Source: a virus (taxonomy: Duplodnaviria; Caudoviricetes). Taken from it: DNA of 37,705 nucleotides. The notes beneath the pieces are model-generated. The model made no database searches, was not told the DNA's origin, and was given only the letters and a program-made list of their open reading frames with translations. A program made the position numbers and the translations under genes. The stretch lies in the IMG/VR virus record IMGVR_UViG_3300043775_000370, positions 1-37,705 of that record; one strand, written 5' to 3'. Below, one piece after another: positions 10,040 to 20,000 of this stretch. The stretch's first letter is position 1; every line of letters starts with the position of its first letter.

Positions 10040-10805
10040 CCAATGTTTTCCTAATCTTGGTCAAGTCTGCACAGGTGTATGCTTGATAACTGTCCTGTAA
10101 AATCTTTGGCATTGGAATAAATTGACATTTGGCATTATATTTTATTGCAACTTCTTGTGCCACCTCCAAAAAGGACTTTGCTTTTCCTGTTCCAACATTC
10201 CAAATGCCAGACTCTTTGACATTCAAGAACGCTTGGTGAGTATCAACAACAGATTCCACTGGTACAAAATCTCTACGGAAGCTGTCCGAACCTTCAAAAA
10301 TATCAATGACACCTTTCTCTTGTGCTTGTTTTGAAAACTTATGGTATGGACTAGCTTGTCCTCCTTTGTGGTCTTCAACAGAACCTGAACCATATACATT
10401 AAAGTATCTGAAACCTTGTACCTTTATACCCCATGTTTTACTTTGTGCGTATCGTTCAAACATATACTTCGACCATGCATACGGAGTTCTTGGGTCCACT
10501 GGAGAGTCTTCTTTAAATTCCGTGCCCAATCCATACACAGAAGCTGATGACGCATATTGAAAATCAATACCAAGACGATTGCATGTTTCTAACAACCATA
10601 CTGAAAAGTCGTAGTTTTGACGCATAATTTTATCTACATCCGTTTCGGTAGTAGATGATATTGCACCAAGATGTATCACGAGGTCGTAATCATATCCGGG
10701 AAAATGTTCTCCCCAATTAAAACCGGTCACATCATGCACTGGAGAAAGTGCTTTAACCATATTTTGGCCGATGAACCCTTTATGACCAGTCACCAATATT
10801 TTCAT
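10035..10805 (-). CDS. hldD: ADP-L-glycero-D-manno-heptose 6-epimerase-like NAD-dependent epimerase
   Basis: VTGHKGFIG Rossmann motif, HLGAISSTTETD, YASSASVYG, YAWSK (YxxxK), FRYFNVYG..EDHKG.QAS, RRDFV and YQAYTCADL parallel HldD/RfaD signatures. Confidence 0.88.
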   Translation of the reverse strand: MKILVTGHKGFIGQNMVKALSPVHDVTGFNWGEHFPGYDYDLVIHLGAISSTTETDVDKIMRQNYDFSVWLLETCNRLGIDFQYASSASVYGLGTEFKEDSPVDPRTPYAWSKYMFERYAQSKTWGIKVQGFRYFNVYGSGSVEDHKGGQASPYHKFSKQAQEKGVIDIFEGSDSFRRDFVPVESVVDTHQAFLNVKESGIWNVGTGKAKSFLEVAQEVAIKYNAKCQFIPMPKILQDSYQAYTCADLTKIRKTLA

Positions 10806-11161
10806 TTCTGGGAATCTCCGGACATCACTCTATAATTGTCTTCTTTGTGGTCACCAGTTGAGACTTCAATAATAGTACCTTCTTCTAAACAAGTAATTCG
10901 ATGTGGTTCTAGAGGTTTATTTCTCCAGGTATTACCTACACCTAGAATTTTTTTATGTAGTGTTGCATCTTTGGTATCAATATATTCTATCTCAAATTTA
11001 CCTGAAAGCACGTACCAACTCTCATCTTTATTCTGATGAAAGTGCATTGAAAATTTTGCATCAGTATTAAAGTTTAAAAACTTACCACAATATTCTGGAG
11101 TTGATGCCCAAATTAATTCTGAACCCCAACCTTTTTTTATTTTACCTTCTTTATTCAGCAT
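10802..11161 (-). CDS. Cupin-domain protein (sugar isomerase/epimerase-like)
   Basis: KGWGSE...YCGK, SMHFHQNKDESWYV, PLEPHR and IIEVST cupin motifs. Start moved to ATG 11161 (AAGGA SD) from the track's 11191. Confidence 0.8.
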   Translation of the reverse strand: MLNKEGKIKKGWGSELIWASTPEYCGKFLNFNTDAKFSMHFHQNKDESWYVLSGKFEIEYIDTKDATLHKKILGVGNTWRNKPLEPHRITCLEEGTIIEVSTGDHKEDNYRVMSGDSQK

Positions 11162-11900
11162 ATATTTCCTTAATTGACGGTGCATAAACACCGATATGTT
11201 TTACTGTGATAGATGATGCTTTAATTGCAAACCCTATAGAAGTATCTATGTTTCCTGTTTGTAGATATTCAAATGCAAAACTGGCTAAAAATGTGTCGCC
11301 TGCACCACATACATCTGCAATTTCAACCTTTGGAGCCTCATATTTTCTTTGTTCCCACATTGCACCGTGTTTACCCATAGTTACAATTAAATTTTTTGGT
11401 GTGCTTTTTGAGTTGGCATATTCGGCGGAATTTATTTTAACGATGGCACCATTAAACCGTGCTAAGTCGGTCTTTTTTGTATCAACAAAAACTGGTATAC
11501 CTGTTTGTATCAAACTTTCAATAAGTTCATACGAAACAAAACCTTTGTTGTAATCTGATATTATAATACCATCAACGTTTTTTGGAAAATATGTTTTGAT
11601 ATGATCTAAAGGTTCCGATTGAACATCGTTATCGATGCGTAAAATATGTTGTTTGGTTCTTTCATCAATCATTCTTGCTTTGACTGATGTTGAGCCAAAA
11701 TAGGAAATGACTTCTACACCCAACGCTTTTAAATTTTCTTCTACGTTGGCAGCCATACCATTTTTACTCTCAATACGCTTTGGTACAAAAACTGGAATTG
11801 GTGCTTCTGGACTTAATCTATCAATGTTACCATAGTGGTATTCATCTATGCATTTGTCGCCTATTAATATAACTTTCAATGGTCTTCGTTGTCGATTCAT
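11151..11900 (-). CDS. hldA: Heptose-7-phosphate kinase (stand-alone HldE kinase domain, HldA-like; PfkB family)
   Basis: IGDKCIDEY..G.IDRLSPEAPIPV, GMAANV, IISDYNKG, VFVDTK and DVCGAGDTF. Start is either 11900 or 11915. Confidence 0.85.
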   Translation of the reverse strand: MNRQRRPLKVILIGDKCIDEYHYGNIDRLSPEAPIPVFVPKRIESKNGMAANVEENLKALGVEVISYFGSTSVKARMIDERTKQHILRIDNDVQSEPLDHIKTYFPKNVDGIIISDYNKGFVSYELIESLIQTGIPVFVDTKKTDLARFNGAIVKINSAEYANSKSTPKNLIVTMGKHGAMWEQRKYEAPKVEIADVCGAGDTFLASFAFEYLQTGNIDTSIGFAIKASSITVKHIGVYAPSIKEIYAE

Positions 11901-12252
11901 CAATAATTCTTTCATAATAAATTATTTTTTTTGCATGTTGTGAACCGATGATAGGCTTATCTTTCCAATCTGATCCTACTATCATACAATCCGGTTCATA
12001 TTCTTTAATGATATTTATAAGTTCTTCATCCGAATCAAAGACAGAGACCCGATTTACAGCTTTTATGTTTGACATCAACATTGCTCGATTATGTTCACTA
12101 TTGAATGGCCTATCTGCACCTTTCTTCTCTGAAATTCTCTTATCGGAATCTATTGCAACATGTAAAAAGTCACCTAAACTTTTTGCGTAGTTCAGCAAAT
12201 CTAGGTGACCCGTGTGTAGTACGTCAAACGAACCGTTAACGAATACTTTCAT
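11842..12252 (-). CDS. hldC: Heptose-1-phosphate adenylyltransferase-like (stand-alone HldE NTase domain, HldC-like; cytidylyltransferase family)
   Basis: VFVNGSFDVLHTGH (HxGH), AKSLGD.L.VAIDSD, KG..RPFN and C-terminal STT. Confidence 0.8.
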   Translation of the reverse strand: MKVFVNGSFDVLHTGHLDLLNYAKSLGDFLHVAIDSDKRISEKKGADRPFNSEHNRAMLMSNIKAVNRVSVFDSDEELINIIKEYEPDCMIVGSDWKDKPIIGSQHAKKIIYYERIIDESTTKTIESYINRRQMHR

Positions 12253-12263
12253 TTATTGTACTA

Positions 12264-13121
12264 TCACTCAATTCCCATTTCCTTACGAATCTTCGTTGCG
12301 GAAATTGAATGTGTTGCGTCATCAAAAACTTCTTGCTCAATCTTGTAACCAACATCACGACCATAAGTAATGTTCACAATGTTTGGTACAACTTGAATTT
12401 CGTATTGACCTTGATAAAGTGTGTCTAAATCTCTACGAATATAGTTCTTAACTTGTTCAATAGCAAATGGATTGGAACCTTGCCATCCTTGACAATCTCT
12501 AATTTGAATAACAACTTGTCCTGTCTTAGCAATAGCACGTTCAAACAACTTACGGTGCCCTTGATGCCACGGTTGCCAACGACCTAGCATTTGAACTGTT
12601 TCTTTTTGCCAATCAAATCTTGGTCTGTGGCGATTTTCTAAAATATGATTGCCTACAAACTCAACCCATTTTTCCGCATTTTGTTCGGTGATTCTAAAGT
12701 CGTAAACTTCTGGAGGAACAAATGCTTTATTTGTATCATCATATCTACCAGCATCGATTGTATCCATCCAAATGGTCCAATCAGCTTTAAAATTATGACG
12801 CATTTCTGGCAGAGGTGCAACAAAGTCACAAATGACAAAATCTCCAGAACACTTCATTGCAAATTCAAACATTCTTAGGCTTTGGCGAATACGTCCTTCT
12901 CGGCTAAAGTCCCAATCATTAAAACGTTTTCGTACTTCATCAGCATTGAACCAGTCCACAGAAACTTTCAACAAAGTATGATCTGGAATACCCTCATAAT
13001 TTAAGAGTTTATCTGGATTTACTTTAAAAATATCACCATTATCTTCAAGATATTTTTTAAGTTTTTCTGCAAAGTAGGTTTTACCTGAACCGGGTAAACC
13101 CATAATTAAAATCTTTTTCAT
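12264..13121 (-). CDS. Adenylylsulfate (APS) kinase-like domain fused to an HxGH nucleotidyltransferase domain
   Basis: N-terminal MGLPGSGKT P-loop, NADEVRK, DFSREGR.RQ and ICDFVAP; C-terminal GRWQPWHQGH, YGRDVG and ISATKIRK. Confidence 0.8.
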   Translation of the reverse strand: MKKILIMGLPGSGKTYFAEKLKKYLEDNGDIFKVNPDKLLNYEGIPDHTLLKVSVDWFNADEVRKRFNDWDFSREGRIRQSLRMFEFAMKCSGDFVICDFVAPLPEMRHNFKADWTIWMDTIDAGRYDDTNKAFVPPEVYDFRITEQNAEKWVEFVGNHILENRHRPRFDWQKETVQMLGRWQPWHQGHRKLFERAIAKTGQVVIQIRDCQGWQGSNPFAIEQVKNYIRRDLDTLYQGQYEIQVVPNIVNITYGRDVGYKIEQEVFDDATHSISATKIRKEMGIE

Positions 13122-13130
13122 ATCAATCCT

Positions 13131-13868
13131 TTATTGAGGAGTACACAATACATTATTTCCAATAATCTCATAGTTATATTCATACTGATTCAAGAATTTT
13201 TTAATATCTTCCAGAATAGTTTTTCTATTGTCACAATGTTCTATGAATATTATAGGTAGATGTTTTTTAATTGTCTTAGAACCACCAATTAAAACATCTA
13301 AGTCCATACCTTCAACATCAACTTTTAATAGATGCACTTTAGGTATTTTATAACACTCAACGAACCAGTCGAGTGTGTTTATCTGAACAACAATTTTATT
13401 GTTCGTTTTTTCGGTAATGATATCTTGCACTAAACTGAAGGTGCCGAAATCGTTCTTTTCGAAATAATTCGGTTCTTCAAACTCGACCTTAGTGTTTTCT
13501 TTACCGAGTCCTATATTATATGTATATACGTTGTAAAGATTATTGATAGCCGCATTACCGGATAACATCTGAAACACTTGTCTTTGTGGCTCAAAGGAGT
13601 ATACTTTTCCTTTTGGAAATGCTTTCGCCATCCAAGTTGTAAATGTTCCTATATTAGCACCAATATCAAATATTACTGGCTCAGAAAATTCTTTTATTGA
13701 TTGATAGCAATTATATGCTTCGATTGTTGAGGTGTTTCCGTGATCTAAGAGCCATTGCCCATGTCCTACTTGTTCTTGATTACAATCAAAACGATTCACA
13801 ATCATCAAACCGTGGTCACAACTCAATAAAACATTTCGGTGAACTTTATCACCTATATTGAAGATCAT
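13131..13868 (-). CDS. FkbM-family SAM-dependent methyltransferase
   Basis: IFDIGANIG, VYSFEPQ, LLKVDVEGMD and PIIFIE. Confidence 0.9.
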   Translation of the reverse strand: MIFNIGDKVHRNVLLSCDHGLMIVNRFDCNQEQVGHGQWLLDHGNTSTIEAYNCYQSIKEFSEPVIFDIGANIGTFTTWMAKAFPKGKVYSFEPQRQVFQMLSGNAAINNLYNVYTYNIGLGKENTKVEFEEPNYFEKNDFGTFSLVQDIITEKTNNKIVVQINTLDWFVECYKIPKVHLLKVDVEGMDLDVLIGGSKTIKKHLPIIFIEHCDNRKTILEDIKKFLNQYEYNYEIIGNNVLCTPQ

Positions 13869-13869
13869 T

Positions 13870-14472
13870 TTATTCTTTCAATTTTACAAATGCAGTCTGA
13901 AAAGAATCTGGTAAATGTATTAATTCTATTTTGTGCCAGTGCGACTGTATAAACATTTCAATTCCCATTCTGGGTGAAAGTTGTACTGGAGCACTACCGT
14001 GTTCATCAACAAGTTTCCACCCAATTGAATCATCGCAGAGCATAACTCCACCGACAGGCAATAATCTCCAAGACAAAATCATATCTTCTAACACGGCGGC
14101 AGATGTGTGGTCACCGTCAACAAAAATAAACTCAAACTTTTCTTTATGGTGAATCAATTCTGCCAACGCTTCATAACTATATTTGTTGATGTATGTAACA
14201 TTACCCACACATTTACTTAAATTATATTCAAAAGTTCTTTTGATTGTTTCAAAATCAAAAGCATGATTATCATTTAGTGTTGTGTGTGGGTCGATAGCGT
14301 ATATTTTAAACTTGTCATTATAAATTTTACCAAACTCTGAAACCCAAAAAGTGGTTATTCCTTCAAAACAACCAATTTCTATCATCTTATTTGGAACACC
14401 ATATTTTTCAAATAGAAATTTAATATTGGTTTGTGTTCTTTCTCTACCCATATCAACTGTAGAAATGTACAT
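13870..14472 (-). CDS. Class I SAM-dependent methyltransferase (Methyltransf_24-like)
   Basis: MIEIGCFEG, YAIDPH, FIFVDGDH and LLPVGGVMLCDD. Start placed at ATG 14472 (GAGGA SD) rather than 14550. Confidence 0.85.
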   Translation of the reverse strand: MYISTVDMGRERTQTNIKFLFEKYGVPNKMIEIGCFEGITTFWVSEFGKIYNDKFKIYAIDPHTTLNDNHAFDFETIKRTFEYNLSKCVGNVTYINKYSYEALAELIHHKEKFEFIFVDGDHTSAAVLEDMILSWRLLPVGGVMLCDDSIGWKLVDEHGSAPVQLSPRMGIEMFIQSHWHKIELIHLPDSFQTAFVKLKE

Positions 14473-14473
14473 A

Positions 14474-15082
14474 TCAACTATTCCTCTTAGCCCAATCTTC
14501 AAATCTTCCTGGTTTATGCACTCTGATAAAGATGTTAATGCTCTCTGCAACGTTTGCCATTGTATTTAAATTAATATCCATTTGTCTCGGTGCAAGCATA
14601 CCATCTTGTTGTTGTTGCAACCAATAACTAACCATATTGTATGTCGTATCGTAAACTTCAAGATCAACGCCGTGATATAAACCGAAGGTGCTGTCACTTA
14701 ATTTTTTTGCAATAGATTCAAAGTTTACCTTTTGGTCAAACATCCTGAATGTTTTTGCCGATAGAGGTCGAACGTGAGTGTAATCATCCCAATATAAATC
14801 ACATCGGTGGTGTGGCACATTTATAAACCACTCGGCACCATCTTTGCTGACTCTGTACATCTCTTTGATGATGTTCGTAAAAACTTTTGGATCTTGACCA
14901 AGATGTTCAAGTATATTATCGGCAGTAATCTTGTCAAAAAAGTTATCTTCATATGGCCAAGGTGTAACTTCAAAATCTAAAACTTCATCTGGATTGCATT
15001 TTGCTTCTACGTCTACATTCCAATGGTCATTTAATTTTTTAAATCCACAACCCATATTTAATTTTGTGTGTTCAGGTTCCAT
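14474..15082 (-). CDS. Class I SAM-dependent methyltransferase
   Basis: KLNMGCG, WNVD, PWPYEDN, ILEHL, EMYRV and DDYTHVR. Start placed at ATG 15082 (GGAG SD). Confidence 0.85.
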   Translation of the reverse strand: MEPEHTKLNMGCGFKKLNDHWNVDVEAKCNPDEVLDFEVTPWPYEDNFFDKITADNILEHLGQDPKVFTNIIKEMYRVSKDGAEWFINVPHHRCDLYWDDYTHVRPLSAKTFRMFDQKVNFESIAKKLSDSTFGLYHGVDLEVYDTTYNMVSYWLQQQQDGMLAPRQMDINLNTMANVAESINIFIRVHKPGRFEDWAKRNS

Positions 15083-15096
15083 AATATTCTCCATAA

Positions 15097-15897
15097 TTAA
15101 ATCCAAGCATCCCAAAAAATCTCACGGTTGTATTGTTCATACAAATCTAATCCAAGATACTCAACGCAGTTAACTGTTGTCTTCTCAAGGGAAGGTTTAA
15201 CTTTGTGTAAGTTAGGCAAACCTATTGCAAGATCATTATACTTTTCGGTTTGTTCAATTTTAGTAAAATCGTGTTTGAATTCTGGTAATTCAAAAAAGTC
15301 ATAGATTCTTTTTGTTTGGCTTTTTGGACTATTGCAAAATCTATTATAATCAACAAACAAAAATCTATCAAGATAACCCATAGTAATGGCATCTTTAAGA
15401 TTTCTATGACTTAGACCCATTGCACCTTCTGGTCCAGCATAATAGTATGCTCTTGATGCAATGTTTGAACCTTCTCTGAGATTTGCATCTGCGTTTGTAA
15501 AGAACAGAGGATTTTCTTTACGCATTCTTTCGAATGAAGTTAAAATCTCTGCTGGATTTCTAACACAAATTACCATTTTTACTTGTCTTTGTAAAACAGC
15601 TTCTAGTTGACCAATCAGTGGAACCCAACCTCTGTCTTTATCAAATACAATTGGCTTGTCGAGGTGTGAATAGTAACCATCAAGAACACCATTTAAAACA
15701 CCAAGTTTTGCTTGATCGTTTCGATATTCTTTATTAGCTTCAATGCTACTCCAATTAGCATTGATTGATCCAAAAATTGACGATAACGAACTAACCGACT
15801 CTCCATGAATTTCAGGATTTTGTTTAAGTATGTTTGTTATGAGGGTTGATCCGGATCTAGGTAGTCCGGAAATAAAATGCAAATTATCTTTCTTCAT
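15097..15897 (-). CDS. Sulfotransferase family protein
   Basis: 5'-PSB loop FISGLPRSGSTL, VFDKDR.W and 3'-PB motif CVRNPAEILTSF. ATG 15897 has a GGAG SD. Confidence 0.88.
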   Translation of the reverse strand: MKKDNLHFISGLPRSGSTLITNILKQNPEIHGESVSSLSSIFGSINANWSSIEANKEYRNDQAKLGVLNGVLDGYYSHLDKPIVFDKDRGWVPLIGQLEAVLQRQVKMVICVRNPAEILTSFERMRKENPLFFTNADANLREGSNIASRAYYYAGPEGAMGLSHRNLKDAITMGYLDRFLFVDYNRFCNSPKSQTKRIYDFFELPEFKHDFTKIEQTEKYNDLAIGLPNLHKVKPSLEKTTVNCVEYLGLDLYEQYNREIFWDAWI

Positions 15898-15935
15898 TTT
15901 CACTCCAATAAAAAATTATGTATGAATTATATATG

Positions 15936-16991
15936 TCACTCTTTAATTGCTTCTTCCGTTGGTTTAGGAAAAAGTTTCGTTAATTCTGCCGAGACTTCTT
16001 CAAAAGTGTCTTCCCATTTTCCAAACTTTTTCTGTCTAAAAACTCTTGTACTATCTTCATACCAAGGACTATGTTTATCACCATTGGCCCAAATGTGGTA
16101 TGGTAAAAGTGGTACAATAACCCATGTTGGTTTACCCATAGCAGAAGCAATATGTGCAATGCTTGTACAGGAGGTTATAACCAAATCTAAATTCTGAATA
16201 CAAGCTACAGTATCTTCCCACGATATAATTAGATGTTGGAGATCCGAAATCTCATCAGGCAATTCTCTAAGATCGGTATCTCTTTGCAAACTATAAAACT
16301 GTATGTGTTCGTTGTCTTTATATAGGTTAATTATTTTTTCAGCCGGAAATAAACGAAATTGTTGATGTTCAAAAAGCGGACTTCCGCTCCAACGAATACC
16401 AATTTTTATTTGCTTTTTGGTATTCAGAATTGATTTCCAAATGTCAATGCTTTCGTCTTTTGGAAAAATATATGGCTGGTTAGGCAACGTTTCAAACGTA
16501 TGACCAAATAACCAACTACAGCTAAATCCAGGAATCCAATAGTCGTGGAAAGTGGAACTAACTTCATCAAGTGTTATGCACTTGTGTGTGCCAGGAACTC
16601 TATTGAATATGGGATGTAACGATTTTTCACAGCAAAGAATTGCTATACCACCTCTTTTCCAAACTTCAGTGGCAAATCTGGCATAGATGATTTGATCTCC
16701 AAACCCACATTCCATATTGAGTATGACTGTTTTTCCAGTTAAGTCATCTTGGCCATTCCAAATAGGTTTACTTGTGTTGAGTTTGCCTGAACCGTATACT
16801 TTAAGGCCTCGGCCATATTCAAGGCATTGAAAGCCTTCTTGTAATTTACCTTGATTAATTAAAAACCAACCTCGGTTAAATTTTGCTCTCGGATCGGTAG
16901 GATCATTTGCTTCCATTTGTTCTGCAAGTTTCCAGCCTTCTGCAAACCTGCCACGTATCATCAAATTCAGTTGTTGATCTATCAAATGCAT
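15936..16991 (-). CDS. TPR-like N-terminus plus GT9-like (heptosyltransferase-family) glycosyltransferase
   Basis: Helical TPR-like start (AKFNRGWFLINQGKLQEGF), PIWNG, ECGFGDQI, IGIRWSG, FYSLQ and DLVITSCTSIAHIASAMGKPTWV (GT-B/GT9 C-terminal motif). Confidence 0.82.
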   Translation of the reverse strand: MHLIDQQLNLMIRGRFAEGWKLAEQMEANDPTDPRAKFNRGWFLINQGKLQEGFQCLEYGRGLKVYGSGKLNTSKPIWNGQDDLTGKTVILNMECGFGDQIIYARFATEVWKRGGIAILCCEKSLHPIFNRVPGTHKCITLDEVSSTFHDYWIPGFSCSWLFGHTFETLPNQPYIFPKDESIDIWKSILNTKKQIKIGIRWSGSPLFEHQQFRLFPAEKIINLYKDNEHIQFYSLQRDTDLRELPDEISDLQHLIISWEDTVACIQNLDLVITSCTSIAHIASAMGKPTWVIVPLLPYHIWANGDKHSPWYEDSTRVFRQKKFGKWEDTFEEVSAELTKLFPKPTEEAIKE

Positions 16992-17019
16992 TATAAAACT
17001 CCATTACTATTAAGTTAAA

Positions 17020-17027
17020 TATTTATC
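17020..17027 (-). promoter_or_regulatory. Late-promoter-like box GATAAATA upstream of the modification cassette
   Basis: ATAAATA core overlapping the stop codon of the RCC1 gene, ~30 nt upstream of the GT9 start. Confidence 0.5.
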
Positions 17028-20000
17028 CTTTTAAAACTGCCAAAGTGTGTAAATTACCAGCCGACACTGCTGTCCACAAACTGGATCCAATTTGAACTGG
17101 TGAGGATTTGGACACAGATGTACCATCACCTAATTGACCAGAAGTGCCTAAACCCCAAGTAAATAAACTTCTACTGAAGCTAATTGCCGCTGTGTGTGAG
17201 AGTCCAGTTGACACTATCCTCCAAGTGTTGGATCCAATTTGAACCGGTAAGTTTCTTTGTAAAGTTGTTCCATCACCTAATTGACCATAAGCATTACTAC
17301 CCCAAGTAAACAATAAATTATCAGATCTAATTGCGGCTGTGTGTGTGCCACCCGCCGACACTGCTGTCCAGGAACTGGATCCAATTTGAGTGGGACTGTT
17401 GGAACTTTTACCGTTTGCACCTATCAATATTGGACTAGATTTGCTTATAATTGTACCATCACCCAATCGACCTGAGCCACCATATCCCCAAGTAAACAAG
17501 TATCCATCAGATCTAATTGCGGCTGTGTGTGTGCCACCCGCCGACACTGCTGTCCAGGAACTGGATCCAATTTGAACTGGTGAGGATTTGTTTACAAGTG
17601 TACCATCACCCAATCGACCATCATTGCTTTGACCCCAAGCAAACAAGTATCCATCAGACCTAATTGCGGCTGTGTGATATCGTCCAGCCGATACTGCTGT
17701 CCAGGAACTGGATCCAATTTGAACTGGTGAGGATCTATTTGTCTGTGTGCCATCTCCTAATCGACCAGAGGAATTAGCACCCCAAGTGAACAGTGTGCCA
17801 CCGGACCTAATTGCTGCCGTGTGCTGATCGCCCGCCGACACTGCTGTCCAAGAACTGGATCCAATTTGAACTGGTGAGGATTTGTTTGCAGTTGTTCCGT
17901 CACCCAATCGTCCATTATTTCCTGAACCCCAAGTAAACAGTGTGCCACCAGATCTAATTGCGACTGTGTGTGAATCACCAACCGACACTGCTGTCCAGGA
18001 ACTAGATCCGATTTGAACTGGTGAGTTTCTTTGTGTAGTTGTACCATCACCTAATGAGCCATAACTATTACCACCCCAGGTAAACAAGTACCCATCAGAC
18101 CTAATTGCGGCCGTGTTTTGTATTCTAGCCGACACTGCTGTCCAGGAACTGGATCCAACTTGAATGGGGCTTGAAGAAGATAACGGATTATTTCCTACTT
18201 GAACTGGTGAGGATTTGGTTACAGTTGTTCCATCACCTAATCGACCAAAAGTTCCTGAACCCCAAGTAAACAGTGTGCCACCAGACCGGATTGCGGCTGT
18301 GTGTATGGAACCAGCCGACACTGCTGTCCAGGAACTGGATCCAATTTGAATTGGTGAAGATCTGAAGGCGAAACCCGCCGCACCATTCCCTAATCTACCG
18401 TATGTTTCAAAACCCCAAGTAAACAATGTACCACCAGACCTGATTGCGGCTGTGTGTTGATATGTAGCCGACACTGCTGTCCAGGAACTAGAACCAATTT
18501 GAACTGGTGAGGATTTATTCGCAGTTGTACTATCACCTAATTGACCTATGGTATTATATCCCCAAGCAAACAATAAATTATCCGATCTAATTGCGGCTGT
18601 GTGTTTATTTCCAGCCGACACTGCTGTCCAGGAACTGGATCCAATTTGAACTGGTGAGGATTTAGCCACAGTTGTACCATCACCCAATCGACCTTGGGCA
18701 TTATATCCCCAGGTAAACAATGTACCACCAGACCTGATTGCGGCAGTGTGTGAACCACCGGCCGATACTGCTGTCCAAGAACTAGAACCAATTTGAACTG
18801 GTGAGGATTTATTCGCAGTTGTACCATCACCTAATCGACCTTGGGCATTATATCCCCAACTAAACAAGTATCCATCAGACCTAATTGCCGCAGTGTGCAG
18901 ACTTCTTGCGCCAACCGACACTGCTGTCCAGGAACTAGAACCAATTTGAACTGGTGAGGACTTGCCTACAAATGTACCATCACCTAATTGACCTGTGGTA
19001 TTATATCCCCAAGTAAATAATAATCCATCAGATCTAATTGCGGCTGTGTGTTTATTTCCAGCCGACACTGCTGTCCAGGAACTGGATCCAATTTGTACTG
19101 GTGATGATTTACTCACAACTGTGCCATCACCTAATCGACCTGAACCTCCATATCCCCAAGTAAACAACAAATTATCAGATCTAATTGCGGCTGTGTGATA
19201 TTGTCCACTCGATACTACGGTCCAACTAAAAGAATCAGTAGAAACACCTGTTGCTCCACTAGACCCTGAACCCCAAGTAAACAGCGTGCCACCAGACCTA
19301 ATTGCGGCTGTATGGAAAGAACCAGCCGCCACTGCTGTCCAGGAACTGGATCCAATTTGAACTGGTGAGGATTTGTTTGCAATTGTACCATCACCTAATC
19401 GGCCATCAGCTCCTGCACCCCAAGCAAACAAGTACCCATCAGATCTAATTGCCATTGTGTGGGCAAAAGCAGCCGATATTACAGTCCAACTATAAAGATC
19501 AGTAACCGCGCCTGTTTGACCGAAAGTTCCTGAACCCCAAGTAAATAATAATCCATCAGATCTAATTGCGGCTGTGTGAGATGAGCCGGTCGACACTGCT
19601 GTCCAAGAACTAGAACCAATTTGAACGGGTGAAGATTTATCCACAGTTGTACCATCACCCAATCGACTATCAATATTAGCACCCCAAGTAAACAGTGTGC
19701 CACCGGATCTAATTGCGGCTGTGTGTGTAGCACCAGCTGCCACTGCTGTCCAGGAACTTGATCCAATTTGAACCGGTGAGGATTTTCCCGAAGTTGTTCC
19801 GTCACCTAATTGACCAGAAGTTCCAAGACCCCAAGCAAACAAGTATCCATCAGATCTAATTGCGGCTGTGTGTGCAAATCCAGCCGACACTGCTGTCCAA
19901 GAACTAGATCCAATTTGTACTGGTGAGGATTTGTTTACAAGTGTACCATCACCCAATCGACCATCAGTATTATTACCCCAAGTAAATAATAATCCATCAG

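Noticed and set aside
11900-11935. Programmed frameshift at the A8 run fusing the HldC-like and HldA-like genes
   Set aside because: The kinase frame has a TAA immediately after the A-run, so a shift there would terminate; a simple gene overlap is sufficient.
10802-15903. Extended N-termini given by the ORF track (starts at 11191, 14550, 15115, 15903)
   Set aside because: Downstream ATGs (11161, 14472, 15082, 15897) have well-spaced SD sequences and mostly remove or shorten overlaps with upstream genes.
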